A DNA stretch of 64,000 nt from a virus. The stretch is taken from positions 1 through 64,000 of IMG/VR virus record IMGVR_UViG_3300028361_000023; one strand, 5' to 3'. Made by a program: the position numbers and the translations under genes. Below the pieces are notes generated by a model, which had not been told where the DNA came from, searched no databases, and worked only from the letters and a program-made list of their open reading frames with translations. Of this stretch, positions 29,411 through 39,931 are shown one piece after another (position 1 is the first letter of the stretch; every line of letters begins with the position of its first letter).

Positions 29411-30666
29411 TATTCATAATCTCTAATCACTATTCCAACTGCTTGAAAAGGTAACTTATTAATAGTTCTTTCTCTAAACTCTACAGTAAGTTGTTTTCCT
29501 ATATATGTAGTTTTATTTTTAAGATATTCAGCTTTTTGAATATGTGTACCTTCGGGTACTACTTCAAATGTGTTTTCTGTAATATCATTCATACATTTAA
29601 ACATACCTAATTCTTGATTAACTTTCATAGGTATTACATCTATAATTAAAAACTCTTTACTTTCTTTACGTTTGAGTTTAGTCATAGTTCTTGGACGTTT
29701 TCCATATTGATATAAAGCATCAGGATTCCTAAATATACCTCCTTCATAACCTTCATTAATACACACATCAGTAAACTTTTCAGCTTCTTCAACAGTATTA
29801 ATTAAACTAGTTGTAATAAATACAATTGCGTTTAAGTTTGAATGTTCGTCTCTAATATCTTCTAATATAGCTATACGAGCACTTTGAACTAAATCTACAG
29901 CTAAATCAAAAAGATAATGTTGTAACTTAGGTACATTTATATGTGTATTTTTGTTTAATATAGTAGATTTACACATACCAGCAATAGTTGCTACTTTAGT
30001 ATTTGGTAAATATAATTCACCGTCAAATATAACATCTTTATTAATATTTCCAGCTAAATATATATCTCTATAAGCTTGTTGGATATGTGGTATATTGTAA
30101 GTTTGTCCATTTTTAGACTTAATAACGACATCATCATTATACCAATAAACAGTTGATCTGACACCATTTATTTTAGGTTGACCAAGACAAGGAAAAGTAG
30201 CTATTAATTTACCTGTTTTAACATTATAGAAAGGTTGAGCTTTCATAGGTTTAGGTAAACCATCACTATCTGTTCTTACTTTTATATTAGCTTCAAGTTC
30301 ACTTAAACTATCCATAGGAAGAAGATCTTTAAGACTATTTGGTGGTAACACATAACCCTCTCTATCTAATTTATGTTCCCAAAAAGATTGAGCTTCAGCT
30401 ATAGCTTGTTTTATTATAGTTGTTTCATTTATTTTACCTATATTTTTACCTTCTCGTATAATATAAGTATTAGGTGAGTTTGTAAGAGAAGCTCCATATA
30501 AACCACTTTGTTTGGTTATAACTCCTTGACCAAATTCATTTTCACTAACCGAAATATTCCATTCAATTATCTTATTATTACTATTCTTACTATAAAGAGT
30601 AGGGAAAGATTTAATTTTATTCATTTGTTTCTTTGATTGTGTAATATATAAAATACATACCTTCAA
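29410..30666 (-). CDS. ATP-dependent DNA ligase (true start probably MNKIKSF, ~30624)
   Basis: QPKINGVR (motif I), FDGELY (III), EGYEGGIFR (IV), KLK (V). Confidence 0.9.
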   Translation of the reverse strand: MKVCILYITQSKKQMNKIKSFPTLYSKNSNNKIIEWNISVSENEFGQGVITKQSGLYGASLTNSPNTYIIREGKNIGKINETTIIKQAIAEAQSFWEHKLDREGYVLPPNSLKDLLPMDSLSELEANIKVRTDSDGLPKPMKAQPFYNVKTGKLIATFPCLGQPKINGVRSTVYWYNDDVVIKSKNGQTYNIPHIQQAYRDIYLAGNINKDVIFDGELYLPNTKVATIAGMCKSTILNKNTHINVPKLQHYLFDLAVDLVQSARIAILEDIRDEHSNLNAIVFITTSLINTVEEAEKFTDVCINEGYEGGIFRNPDALYQYGKRPRTMTKLKRKESKEFLIIDVIPMKVNQELGMFKCMNDITENTFEVVPEGTHIQKAEYLKNKTTYIGKQLTVEFRERTINKLPFQAVGIVIRDYE

Positions 30667-31021
30667 GATTTTTTAAATTATCAGTACATTTTTCTATGTA
30701 TTTCTTGTGTAAAATAGGAGCAGTAATATCACTTTCTGTAATTTTACCTCCATTAGTTGTAGTAACGTCGTCTGTTATATGATGTTGCCAACCTAGTTTT
30801 CCTTCAAAAACTTGTTCAGTTAGTTTGTCGTAGTTTTCTTTACCACATTCGTTTCCATATAATATCTTTAATATATTATATTTATAAATAGTTTTTTCTT
30901 TGGCAATTATATCTATTGCTGTTGCTTCTTTACTTAATATAAGAGTTTTAAATTCTTCTTTTGTCAGTACAGAAACTCTTACATTTCTTTTAGTTGTTTT
31001 AGTGACTGTTTGTCGATTCAT
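30617..31021 (-). CDS. Hypothetical protein
   Basis: 134-aa ORF between primase and ligase. Confidence 0.65.
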   Translation of the reverse strand: MNRQTVTKTTKRNVRVSVLTKEEFKTLILSKEATAIDIIAKEKTIYKYNILKILYGNECGKENYDKLTEQVFEGKLGWQHHITDDVTTTNGGKITESDITAPILHKKYIEKCTDNLKNLEGMYFIYYTIKETNE

Positions 31022-32001
31022 AAAAAGTTATTTTTAAATTTGTTTACAAGTTTAAGACTTTCTTCCGTGCCAAATTCAGTTTGAAAATCTGCTGGGTCTT
31101 TAGTTTTAGGCATTAAAATACAATTATACCCATATTTTTGATAATGTAATATAGAAAATTTTTTACCTTGATGATCGTTATCGAACAAAGTATACACATT
31201 ACTAGCTTTATTTACTTTAGTTAATATAAATTCATGTTCAGCTTCAGTTACCATTTTATTTTCATTTCCAGTTGCGGCTACATTTAAACCAAAACTATCT
31301 ATTACTAATAAGTCTTTATAACTACCTACTAATAATAAATGATTATCTTTTCTAATTTGATCAAAACCTTTAGAATGACAAACATTATTAATATATCTAT
31401 GTACTTTATCTTTATAAGGAAAATAAGCTTGAAAAATGATTTTCTTAGATTCGTTATGTCTGCCTATAAGAAAAATATATGCTGGCTTTGCAACGTCATA
31501 TCTATACACAGCAACATCATCTATAAAAAAATTATAAAGCCTATATACTCTACGTTTTTCTAATTGTTTTAAAGTAACATTAAGTGTTTGCCAAAACGCA
31601 ACATCTAATGAATTAAACTTACAAAGTGTATAGTCAAATTGTGTAGCTCCTTTTACTACGTTATCTTTATCTGTTTGTATTAAATCTTCTTTATCGAGAA
31701 GTTTAAAGTCTATTGCTATTATATTTAATACTCTTTTAAAACCACCTGTAGCTTTAATATTAATCCTATTTAACTTAGCAACTAAATCAAAACAATCTCC
31801 ATCAAAAGTACCAAAATCCTTAAATCTAGGTCTATTATCGTGTTTATTATAATATATAACTCCAGAAGGCACATTATCACGCCTAAAAGGTGTGCTAATT
31901 TTGATATCAAAATCATTTATTTTAAGATAATGTTTTAATATACTTTTTTCTGTTACTTTAGTTAATATCCAGTCTTTTGTAAATGTGTTATATATTAGCA
32001 T
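31018..32001 (-). CDS. DnaG-like DNA primase (crAss-type, TOPRIM)
   Basis: STPFRRDNVPS, FKDFG..GDCFD, SYKD, LFDNDHQG, KDPADF. Confidence 0.85.
   Translation of the reverse strand: MLIYNTFTKDWILTKVTEKSILKHYLKINDFDIKISTPFRRDNVPSGVIYYNKHDNRPRFKDFGTFDGDCFDLVAKLNRINIKATGGFKRVLNIIAIDFKLLDKEDLIQTDKDNVVKGATQFDYTLCKFNSLDVAFWQTLNVTLKQLEKRRVYRLYNFFIDDVAVYRYDVAKPAYIFLIGRHNESKKIIFQAYFPYKDKVHRYINNVCHSKGFDQIRKDNHLLLVGSYKDLLVIDSFGLNVAATGNENKMVTEAEHEFILTKVNKASNVYTLFDNDHQGKKFSILHYQKYGYNCILMPKTKDPADFQTEFGTEESLKLVNKFKNNFL
31460..31477 (+). repeat. Dispersed 18-bp motif copy 6 (CTGCCTATAAGAAAAATA)
   Basis: Consensus match inside the primase gene. Confidence 0.9.
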
Positions 32002-32015
32002 ATTAATTTAAACAT

Positions 32016-32049
32016 AAAAAGGTGTACATAATAAATACATACACCTTTT
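32016..32049 (-). terminator. Intrinsic terminator
   Basis: AAAAGGTGTA...TACACCTTTT stem with T-run on the - strand. Confidence 0.7.
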
Positions 32050-32069
32050 AATTGTTGTATTATAACCTA

Positions 32070-32690
32070 TTAAAATATAGGTAAATCTTCAAGACCTGTT
32101 CCAGCAACACCATCATTTCCAGATGCAGCTCCTACTACTTCAGGAGTTAAAGGATGTAAATTTGGATCAACTACAAGAGTAGTAGCTTTACCCGATACAA
32201 CAGGTTCTATAAAGTTTTTAACAGCAAGTCCAGGAAGACTTTGATATTTACCATTAAAACAACTAATCAACCATACAGGTTGAGTTTTGTAACCTTCTAC
32301 TTTTTCAAGACCTTCGGCAAAAGCAGCAAAAAGAACATTATAAGCAGTATCATCTTCAGGTACATCAAATTCTGGCATAACACTAAAAGCATTATAAATG
32401 TGTTTTACTTTTTTAGCCATACGAAGAAGTGCAGCTAAGTTTTTTTCAACACTACTGTCAAAATTCATATAACGCTTACTAGGGAAAAACCTATCTGTAA
32501 GAACTCTAGTTTCTTGGTCTTTTTCAGTTGGAATACTTACAAATTTAAGTTCCAAACAAGGTGTAGTATTACCTGCTTTTGTTTTATATTCTTTATGGTG
32601 TATAACTTCTACAAGGTTCACCATACTAATTCCGGGTATTAAATCTAAATCTGCTTTACCTGCAATGTTATTTCCTATTTTAAATGACAT
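32070..32690 (-). CDS. Putative single-stranded DNA-binding protein
   Basis: Flexible Gly-rich tail ending EDLPIF (SSB-like tip); next to primase. Confidence 0.55.
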   Translation of the reverse strand: MSFKIGNNIAGKADLDLIPGISMVNLVEVIHHKEYKTKAGNTTPCLELKFVSIPTEKDQETRVLTDRFFPSKRYMNFDSSVEKNLAALLRMAKKVKHIYNAFSVMPEFDVPEDDTAYNVLFAAFAEGLEKVEGYKTQPVWLISCFNGKYQSLPGLAVKNFIEPVVSGKATTLVVDPNLHPLTPEVVGAASGNDGVAGTGLEDLPIF

Positions 32691-32737
32691 AATTTTTGTT
32701 TATTTTTATTATTATTGTTAATTGAATTTTTTTAGAT

Positions 32738-32765
32738 AAAAAAAGGGCAATTTTCATTACCCTTT
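32738..32765 (-). terminator. Intrinsic terminator
   Basis: Minus strand AAAGGGTAAT-gaaa-ATTGCCCTTTTTTT. Confidence 0.75.
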
Positions 32766-32785
32766 AGTTTAAACTTTAGTCTTAA

Positions 32786-33367
32786 TTACATAGAGATTTC
32801 ATCTGAATCATCTTCATAAGATGTTTCAGAAACTTGATTTGCATCATTACTATTAATAGTAGTCTCAACATCACTAGTTTCTTTTGTTTTAGCTTTTCTT
32901 GCAGTTTTAGCTTCTACTTTATCAAATTGAATAGCAAATACTTTAACTGTTTCTCCGTTTAAAAGACTTACAGTAGGTGCTTGTTCTATTTCTTCTTCTG
33001 TTTCAAGACCTAAAACAGAAAAGTAACGGTTTTCTTCGTTGTTACCTTCAAGAAAATCCCAAACATTAGCAGAACTAAAAGAAGTATCACTACCTATAGA
33101 ACCGCCATTCCAAGCAAGTTTTGATCCTTGCTTTTTAATAGCAGGTGTGGCTTCTTTATCTCCACCTTGTCCTTTCATTATGTAGTGGTTTCCATCACCT
33201 AGTTTTGCTACAAATACATAATCTCCTGCTGTAAGGCCCATTGATTGAGTAGCACTACTACTTAGTGTACATTGACTAGATGTTGTTTTAGCGATAAGTA
33301 CGTTTCCTATCTCTTTTTTTTGTGGTCTTTGATTACTTAATCCTTCTACGATTTCTAAATTGCTCAT
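32786..33367 (-). CDS. Conserved replication-module protein with acidic tail
   Basis: 193 aa; own promoter-like and terminator signals. Confidence 0.7.
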   Translation of the reverse strand: MSNLEIVEGLSNQRPQKKEIGNVLIAKTTSSQCTLSSSATQSMGLTAGDYVFVAKLGDGNHYIMKGQGGDKEATPAIKKQGSKLAWNGGSIGSDTSFSSANVWDFLEGNNEENRYFSVLGLETEEEIEQAPTVSLLNGETVKVFAIQFDKVEAKTARKAKTKETSDVETTINSNDANQVSETSYEDDSDEISM

Positions 33368-33409
33368 AATTTTGTGTTTTTAAATGTGTTTATTGTTATT
33401 ATTGTTCTA

Positions 33410-33417
33410 CAAATATA
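33410..33417 (-). promoter_or_regulatory. Bacteroidota sigma-70 -7 element (TATATTTG)
   Basis: Matches TAnnTTTG about 45 nt upstream of ORF 32786-33367. Confidence 0.55.
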
Positions 33418-33460
33418 CTTAAAGTTTCCATTTCTACTAGTGTTTGTTGATTAATTTTTT

Positions 33461-34261
33461 CTAATTTTCATTTTTTTTTGCTTTGTTAATGTTTGATTGA
33501 TTCTCATTTATTGTAGGTTCTTTGTCGAGTATGGTTATTTTACTAACAATGCTTTCATCGTTAACAGCATACTCAATTTCTTTTGCATCCATCATTTCAG
33601 TAGTTTCATAAGGCATAGCAAGCATAAAATCATCGCCAATATATCTAAAACCTTTTGATAGAGCTCTAACTAAACATTGATTAGCAGGATCTATATCCCA
33701 AGCACCTCCAGGTTTTATAAGTTTAGCTCTTATAGCAGTACTAAGCTTATAAGTACTAATAAAAGTTCTATTAGGTTTGTCTTTAATTTGTCTAGTTAAA
33801 AGTACTTTAGTAACTCTTTCAGAACTAACTACTATTATCTTAATAGCTTTTGCTACTATCTTTGCTTTACTAGCTTCATTACTTAATTGAGCTTTAGTAA
33901 CTACTTGCCAAACTCCTTCTTTTTCGTTTAATTTAACTTCTTCTTCGTCATAAAGATTACCTTCCCCATCTGTATAAGTTCTTTCTATTTCAAAATCTTT
34001 TAAAACTTCAAAACTTACATCATTATTAATAGCTAAAGCATTCATTAAATGTATACTTGGAGTAGCTTTACCTCCTACATCATAAATATTATTTATAGCA
34101 GCCATAGGAGGTATACCTAATTCTCTACCAGAAATGATAGCTATCATAACCGCACTTTCAGAAGGTAAAGGACTTAATCCAGATTTAATAACTTCTTGTG
34201 CTAGTATTCTAAGGTCTTCAAAACTACCTTTTTCTAAATTTTGTATTACTTTATTATCCAT
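33461..34261 (-). CDS. RecT/Bet-like single-strand annealing protein
   Basis: AIISGRELGIPPMAAINNIYDVGGK, A.RAKL..GGAW..P..ML..RA-type pattern. Confidence 0.7.
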   Translation of the reverse strand: MDNKVIQNLEKGSFEDLRILAQEVIKSGLSPLPSESAVMIAIISGRELGIPPMAAINNIYDVGGKATPSIHLMNALAINNDVSFEVLKDFEIERTYTDGEGNLYDEEEVKLNEKEGVWQVVTKAQLSNEASKAKIVAKAIKIIVVSSERVTKVLLTRQIKDKPNRTFISTYKLSTAIRAKLIKPGGAWDIDPANQCLVRALSKGFRYIGDDFMLAMPYETTEMMDAKEIEYAVNDESIVSKITILDKEPTINENQSNINKAKKNEN

Positions 34262-34262
34262 T

Positions 34263-34529
34263 TTATTTATTAAATAATTCTATTATTTCGTTTGATTTGT
34301 CTGTGAATTTTATTTTATTATTTTTATCTCTTTCAGCATATCCTTTATCTATAAAATCTTCTACCATATATTTACTTAATATTTGATTTCCGTTTCCTAT
34401 ATCATAACCATTGATTTTTTTATACTTATCATATAAAAAAGAATCTACTTTATTTGCGTAAATAACTAAAAAATGATTTAAAGTTATTTTATTATCTATA
34501 CAATATTGTAATACTTCATTAAATTGCAT
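34263..34529 (-). CDS. Hypothetical protein (possible winged helix)
   Basis: 88 aa, coupled to the helicase. Confidence 0.6.
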   Translation of the reverse strand: MQFNEVLQYCIDNKITLNHFLVIYANKVDSFLYDKYKKINGYDIGNGNQILSKYMVEDFIDKGYAERDKNNKIKFTDKSNEIIELFNK

Positions 34530-35932
34530 TAATTTATATATTTATCTATTTCATTTATATTTTTTATCCAAATAATTTTACTAGAATTAGTGCGACTTTG
34601 TCGTTTTCTTAAAGAGAAAGCTTCTTTTGTATCTATACCATAAAGATTAACAATAATAGATTTTTTATCTTTAAAACTACGTTTAGTTCTACCGCTTCTT
34701 TGTTTGTGTTGAATATATTTAGATGTACCACTTGTAATAATAGCGATCTCTAAATCTTCAACATTAAATCCAGCATCTAAAGCTTTAGCTGTTATTAAGA
34801 CATTTGATTTACCTTCTTTAATCTGTTTAATTGACCAATCTTTTAATCTTTTAATACCAAAAGTAACTAATTTACCTTTATCGTTAGTGATTTTTCTACT
34901 TTTAATACTACTATGATACAGTATAGAAAAAGTATTCTCTTTACAGGCAGACTTATTAAATTCATTTTCTATTTGATTATGTATAGAGTCTGCAAATTTA
35001 GTATCTTCACTAAATATCATAATTTTTTTACTTTTAAATTTTTCGACTAAATCTAATGTAACTACACTTTTATCTATTAAATGATTAAGAAGTTTCTTAC
35101 GTTGTTGTGTTGTAGTGATTAACGTTTTAGCACTATCCATAATAATTTTAGGATTATACTTATTATCTATATCAATACCAACACGAGAACTTCTATAATC
35201 TATTCTTTGCCAACCATTTTTAATAGCTAAAGACAAAGCATATTGGTAATTAGATATTTTTTTATCTCCACTTAAACAATTTAAAGCTAATTTAAAATCA
35301 CCATCAAATAAAGTTAGTTTTTCTTTTATTATCTCTGAAAAATGGTCATAACGTGTTTTTTCAAATTCAGTTAAATTAACAGGCATATTAAGTTCTACAT
35401 AATCAGAAATCCAACCATTTATTATAGCTTCTTCTTCGGTTATAACACTAACTATAGGGCAATAATTTTTTACTACAGAACCGTAAACACCATTTTCATC
35501 TTCTGGAGTAGCAGTTAAACCTAATATATGAGTGTATGTTATAATTTCTTTAGTAATAAATTTTAATCTTTCTGTAGAATAAAAAGTATGTATTTCGTCT
35601 ATAATTAACAGATCATAAACGTCTCTTTTATTATGATATAAGTAATATTGTGCAGTTTCTACAACTATATAATTAGTATTAAGACAATGATTCACAATTG
35701 CTTCTTTCCAATCTTCTACTTTATCACTTATAGCTACGAATATACCAATTTTAGCATCAGGATTTTTTTCTTTATATTTATTAATAAGGAGACAAGTCTC
35801 ATAAGTTTTACCAAAACCAGTTACGTGTTTAAAAATACCACAACCGTTTATTTTTGAACCATATAATTTACTTTTACGCCATTTTTCTATTTCTGCATGT
35901 TGTTTTTTTAATTTTAATTCATCTATCTTCAT
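34529..35932 (-). CDS. Superfamily 2 DExH helicase
   Basis: TGFGKT (I), IIDEIH (II), GLTAT (III), LDAGFN (V), QRSGRTKR (VI). Confidence 0.9.
   Translation of the reverse strand: MKIDELKLKKQHAEIEKWRKSKLYGSKINGCGIFKHVTGFGKTYETCLLINKYKEKNPDAKIGIFVAISDKVEDWKEAIVNHCLNTNYIVVETAQYYLYHNKRDVYDLLIIDEIHTFYSTERLKFITKEIITYTHILGLTATPEDENGVYGSVVKNYCPIVSVITEEEAIINGWISDYVELNMPVNLTEFEKTRYDHFSEIIKEKLTLFDGDFKLALNCLSGDKKISNYQYALSLAIKNGWQRIDYRSSRVGIDIDNKYNPKIIMDSAKTLITTTQQRKKLLNHLIDKSVVTLDLVEKFKSKKIMIFSEDTKFADSIHNQIENEFNKSACKENTFSILYHSSIKSRKITNDKGKLVTFGIKRLKDWSIKQIKEGKSNVLITAKALDAGFNVEDLEIAIITSGTSKYIQHKQRSGRTKRSFKDKKSIIVNLYGIDTKEAFSLRKRQSRTNSSKIIWIKNINEIDKYIN
34933..34950 (-). repeat. Dispersed 18-bp motif copy 7 (CTGCCTGTAAAGAGAATA)
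   Basis: Identical 18-mer to copy 11 at 50154-50171. Confidence 0.9.
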
Positions 35933-36189
35933 TTTTTAATATTAAAAAGTCTTAATCTATCTAATTCAATTTCAATTTGTTGCTCTAAATCAAAATCTCT
36001 TATTTTATAGTCTTGTTTTTTATAAGTAATAAATAATGTAATTAAATTATCTTGTACTTCTATTAATTTTTTTTTGTTTTTTCTTTGTTTTCTTTCTAAT
36101 TCTAATTTTAAATTATGTAATTCTTTTAATTGTTTTTCTATATTTTCCATATTTTCCATATTATTTAACCCAAGTTTCTTTAATTTCAT
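35929..36189 (-). CDS. Small coiled-coil protein
   Basis: Heptad-like L/E/K composition. Confidence 0.55.
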   Translation of the reverse strand: MKLKKLGLNNMENMENIEKQLKELHNLKLELERKQRKNKKKLIEVQDNLITLFITYKKQDYKIRDFDLEQQIEIELDRLRLFNIKK

Positions 36190-38542
36190 AATCTACTTCC
36201 ATTTCAATATAAGATAAATATTTGTTAGCAGTATCTACCATTATTTTTCCTATAATTTCAGGAACAGTTAATTGTTCTTCTTTGTAAGGAAATTTAACAT
36301 CATAATCAATAAGAGATTTATGAACTCTAACTACAAGTTCATCATGTACTTGTATTAAAATACCACATTTTTCTCTACCTATGTGTTTTTGTATAAATTT
36401 ATATAAAACAACCATAGCTTCTTTAATCATATCTGCTTGTGTACCACTAATTGTAATATTTCTAACAGTATTTTTCCAATCTTGTAATTCTTTCCATTCT
36501 GGTTCAATACCGTATCTTTCTTGTCTAAATAAAGGAGGTATTATTATACTATTATGACTTCTTGTATTAAATACAGCTTTACCTGTTCCTTTTTGTAAAT
36601 ATTCCCCACCATAAGTAGTAACACCAAATACTTCTCTAAGTACGTTTTCAACCATAATAAAAGTCATAGGAATAATAGCTTTAATACTATGAATTATAAC
36701 TTCTCCTTCTTCTATACTAACATTAAGAGTTCTAGCTATTTTTTTAGCATAAGCTCCGTAAACTACACCAAATGTAATAGCTTTAAATTCTCCTCTTTTA
36801 TCTTTATTAAGTGTTTTATTAATAATAAATGTTTCAGACAATTCGTATAACTTTATAGCACTTGGTTCTGCAAACATCATAGTACTAACTATATGTTTTT
36901 TCTCTATAAAATCTTTACTTGTAATCCATAATCCTTCAATAACTCCAGCTCTATAAAGATAAATATTTCTCCAACAAAGTTGAGCAACAGGACTATGAGT
37001 ATCACCACCTTCGTGCATATTTTTAAGAGAAGCATCTTGAGCTTTATCGGACATAATAACTACTTCAGCTCCAGAAAGATCAGCAGTAATTATATAATGT
37101 TCTTTATAATAAAAACATTCTCTATATTCATTAGGTCTAGGTACGTTTTGACTGTTAAATTTATCAGGTTGTGACCTACCGCCTCCGGATTGTAGTCTAC
37201 CATTAAGAGCGTTATTTTGTCTATATATAGTATGTATTTTTCCAGTTTTAGGTTGAATTTTATCTAAATAATTTTGACCATAATTAGTAATACGAGTTGT
37301 ATATAAGCTATATTGTTCTAGTAAATTTATAAAATTAGTTGCAGGGTGATTTTTTCTAGCTTTAATCATTTCTTTTAAAGCAGGAACACCAACAGTAAAT
37401 CCAGCAGTTATTTTAACTACTCCATTATGAGTGTATTCTGAAATTTTCTTATCAGTATCAGGATAACCTATATCATTAGTATTAACAAACTTTATGTCTT
37501 TTTTTAATATACCAAAATTAAGTACTTTCTTATCTTGAAATACAGGTATATGAAAATTACCTTCTTTATTAGGTAATATAAATTGCCAAATTGCAAATAA
37601 ATACTTTAATTGAGTATCACTAGAATAGTTAACATATTTTTCTTTTTCAGAAGAATGTTCTTTAAATTTTATAGAATCACCAAACAAATCAATTGAGGTA
37701 ATTTCTATTTTATCATTACGTTCTCTATTATACTTACCTCCACTAATATATTGTTTTCTATTTCCACTATATTGTTCTGTTAGTTTAATTCTTTCAGCAT
37801 CTAATTGTAATTCTAATTCGTATTTTTTCTTTTTATTAAAAACAATATTTTGCTCCCATTTAGGTACATTTAAGTGGAAACCGTCTAATTCCATATCTCC
37901 TAATATATATACTAAAGGCATAGAAACAGCTTTAACCCAATCATATTTTTTATGTAATTTAAGATACTCTATTTGCTTATCGTGTATAGTTTTTAAATCA
38001 CAAATATCGTCTTTTAAATATTGATAATCTTCAGCAACTGGAACATAAGTTTCACGAGTAAAACCTATAAAATGAGTTCTAATATCTTTACTTGTACGAA
38101 CTCTATCAGGTAAATATCGTTTTGTTTGAGCGGCTAAATTAAAAAATATACCTCCAGGATTTTTTTTACTTACTTGAAGTCCTTGATATAGTCTTCTATC
38201 GGCTATTTCTGTATCCCATACATTAGTACATAAAAAACCATAAGTAGTATAAAGAAATTTTATATCAAATTTAAAATTACTGCCTATAAAGAACATATCT
38301 TTTAATGAAGTCATAAGTTTTATAACTCCTTCATCTAATATCATATCAGCAGCTATAATAATAGTAGTGCCTTCAGAATAAAGACCAAATAAAAGCAAAT
38401 CTTGATACTCATTTAAACCTTCAGTTTCACCATCACCACAAGCATATTTCCAATGTTTAGTGATTTCCATTGCAAATTCAGGCGTAATACTTTCAAACCC
38501 AAAAGTTTCGCCTTTTGTTATTATATAATCTTTTTCTATCAT
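36161..38542 (-). CDS. polA: Family A DNA polymerase with 3'-5' exonuclease
   Basis: ExoI DGET, ExoII NFKFD; motif A ADLSGAE, motif B R.EFKAITFGVVYG, motif C QVHDEL. Confidence 0.92.
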   Translation of the reverse strand: MIEKDYIITKGETFGFESITPEFAMEITKHWKYACGDGETEGLNEYQDLLLFGLYSEGTTIIIAADMILDEGVIKLMTSLKDMFFIGSNFKFDIKFLYTTYGFLCTNVWDTEIADRRLYQGLQVSKKNPGGIFFNLAAQTKRYLPDRVRTSKDIRTHFIGFTRETYVPVAEDYQYLKDDICDLKTIHDKQIEYLKLHKKYDWVKAVSMPLVYILGDMELDGFHLNVPKWEQNIVFNKKKKYELELQLDAERIKLTEQYSGNRKQYISGGKYNRERNDKIEITSIDLFGDSIKFKEHSSEKEKYVNYSSDTQLKYLFAIWQFILPNKEGNFHIPVFQDKKVLNFGILKKDIKFVNTNDIGYPDTDKKISEYTHNGVVKITAGFTVGVPALKEMIKARKNHPATNFINLLEQYSLYTTRITNYGQNYLDKIQPKTGKIHTIYRQNNALNGRLQSGGGRSQPDKFNSQNVPRPNEYRECFYYKEHYIITADLSGAEVVIMSDKAQDASLKNMHEGGDTHSPVAQLCWRNIYLYRAGVIEGLWITSKDFIEKKHIVSTMMFAEPSAIKLYELSETFIINKTLNKDKRGEFKAITFGVVYGAYAKKIARTLNVSIEEGEVIIHSIKAIIPMTFIMVENVLREVFGVTTYGGEYLQKGTGKAVFNTRSHNSIIIPPLFRQERYGIEPEWKELQDWKNTVRNITISGTQADMIKEAMVVLYKFIQKHIGREKCGILIQVHDELVVRVHKSLIDYDVKFPYKEEQLTVPEIIGKIMVDTANKYLSYIEMEVDYEIKETWVK
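38280..38297 (+). repeat. Dispersed 18-bp motif copy 8 (CTGCCTATAAAGAACATA; one pyrimidine in the purine tract)
   Basis: 17/18 match inside polA. Confidence 0.8.
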
Positions 38543-38558
38543 TTCATTTTATCTGTTT

Positions 38559-38593
38559 AAAAAAAGTACAAGTAGTATTAATACTTGTACTTT
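38559..38593 (-). terminator. Intrinsic terminator
   Basis: AAAGTACAAGTA...TACTTGTACTTT stem with T-run on the - strand. Confidence 0.7.
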
Positions 38594-38696
38594 AAATTAT
38601 TGTTATATAACATTAATATTCATTTTTTCAAGGGTTTGTTGAAAAGTAACCGTGTCAAAAAACGTAATCAAAAAATATGGCATAACTTTTAACAAA

Positions 38697-39287
38697 CTAC
38701 TTAATTAAAGTCCAATCAAATTTATTCATAAATTTAGTTTCTAATTTAGTCCACTTTTTAGGATTTTTCCATCTTCCTCTAGCATAAGCATATCTAACTT
38801 TAGTGTAATCATTATCATATTTAATTAACAAATCAGACATATAAGCAACACTACATTCTAATAAAGTCAATCTAGTTATAGTATCTATATTTAATTTATC
38901 TAAATAATAATCTCTAGTAGGTTTGTATATTTGTAAATCACCTAAACTATCTTCATTAGGATCAAGACAAACTCTAATATAATCTAAACTATCTGGATAT
39001 CTCCAACCACTTTCATTATCTCCAACAAGATGAATAAATAATACATCTACATCGTACTTATCAGAAAACATATCTACGTAATAAAATATACTATTTTCGT
39101 TTAAGTCTAAAGCAGGTTCTTCTATTGCAGTTATAGGTTCAATATTTTCATAATTTTTCAAATCAACAACAGTTAATAAGTAATAAAAACTAAAAAAAAT
39201 TAATACAGTTAATAACAATAAATAAAAATAAGGTTTAAGTTGATTCCACATAATGATTATCTTTAAGTGACCATTTAAGATTTGCAT
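38697..39287 (-). CDS. Membrane-anchored lysozyme-like/SLT transglycosylase (likely start MWNQLK, ~39251)
   Basis: N-terminal TM helix; NESG (catalytic Glu), GDLQI, AYARG echo the SLT ES/GLMQ/AYNAG motifs. Confidence 0.65.
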   Translation of the reverse strand: MQILNGHLKIIIMWNQLKPYFYLLLLTVLIFFSFYYLLTVVDLKNYENIEPITAIEEPALDLNENSIFYYVDMFSDKYDVDVLFIHLVGDNESGWRYPDSLDYIRVCLDPNEDSLGDLQIYKPTRDYYLDKLNIDTITRLTLLECSVAYMSDLLIKYDNDYTKVRYAYARGRWKNPKKWTKLETKFMNKFDWTLIK

Positions 39288-39555
39288 CTTTTATAACTTC
39301 TTCTATTATATCAACAATCTCAGATCGCTTTTTTAAAGGATATATTAAATGAATAGTAGTAATTGTTTTTGTTTTGTTGATTTTTAATAAACATTCATAA
39401 ATATATTGCTTATTAACAAAATCAGAATCCTCGTTATCGTCGTTCTCTTCTTTATTTGTTATTATTGTATCATTATATTTCTTATAAAAAATAATGACAA
39501 AAGATAAAAGTATACAAGTTATACTTATTAGTAATAATATTTCTATTTTATTCAT
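39235..39555 (-). CDS. Membrane-anchored hypothetical protein
   Basis: N-terminal hydrophobic helix. Confidence 0.6.
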   Translation of the reverse strand: MNKIEILLLISITCILLSFVIIFYKKYNDTIITNKEENDDNEDSDFVNKQYIYECLLKINKTKTITTIHLIYPLKKRSEIVDIIEEVIKDANLKWSLKDNHYVEST

Positions 39556-39568
39556 AATAATTTTTTAG

Positions 39569-39913
39569 TTAATTGTTTAAATCTTTAATTTTTAATAATC
39601 TTTTTCTAAGATTATGGCTTTTAGGAGATATTCTTCCTTCTTTAGGTATTTTTATACTAAGACCTATAGACCAACCTTTTTTAGTTTGTACTATTTCCAT
39701 AGAATTTAAAGTATAAACGTGTTCTTTATATACTTTAACAGTTCCATCAGTAAAATGTTTACTCTTTTTTTTAATAATAGGCAACATAAAACTATTTTTT
39801 GGTATAGAACCACTAAAATGTTTTACAGATATACCTTTTTTAATTGTTTCACCATTATCCCCGATTACAGGAGGAACATGTACAAATTTTCTACCACGTG
39901 TGTTTTTTTTCAT
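39569..39913 (-). CDS. Basic hypothetical protein
   Basis: 114-aa ORF in operon. Confidence 0.6.
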   Translation of the reverse strand: MKKNTRGRKFVHVPPVIGDNGETIKKGISVKHFSGSIPKNSFMLPIIKKKSKHFTDGTVKVYKEHVYTLNSMEIVQTKKGWSIGLSIKIPKEGRISPKSHNLRKRLLKIKDLNN

Positions 39914-39931
39914 TTTTTTTTTATTTTTATT

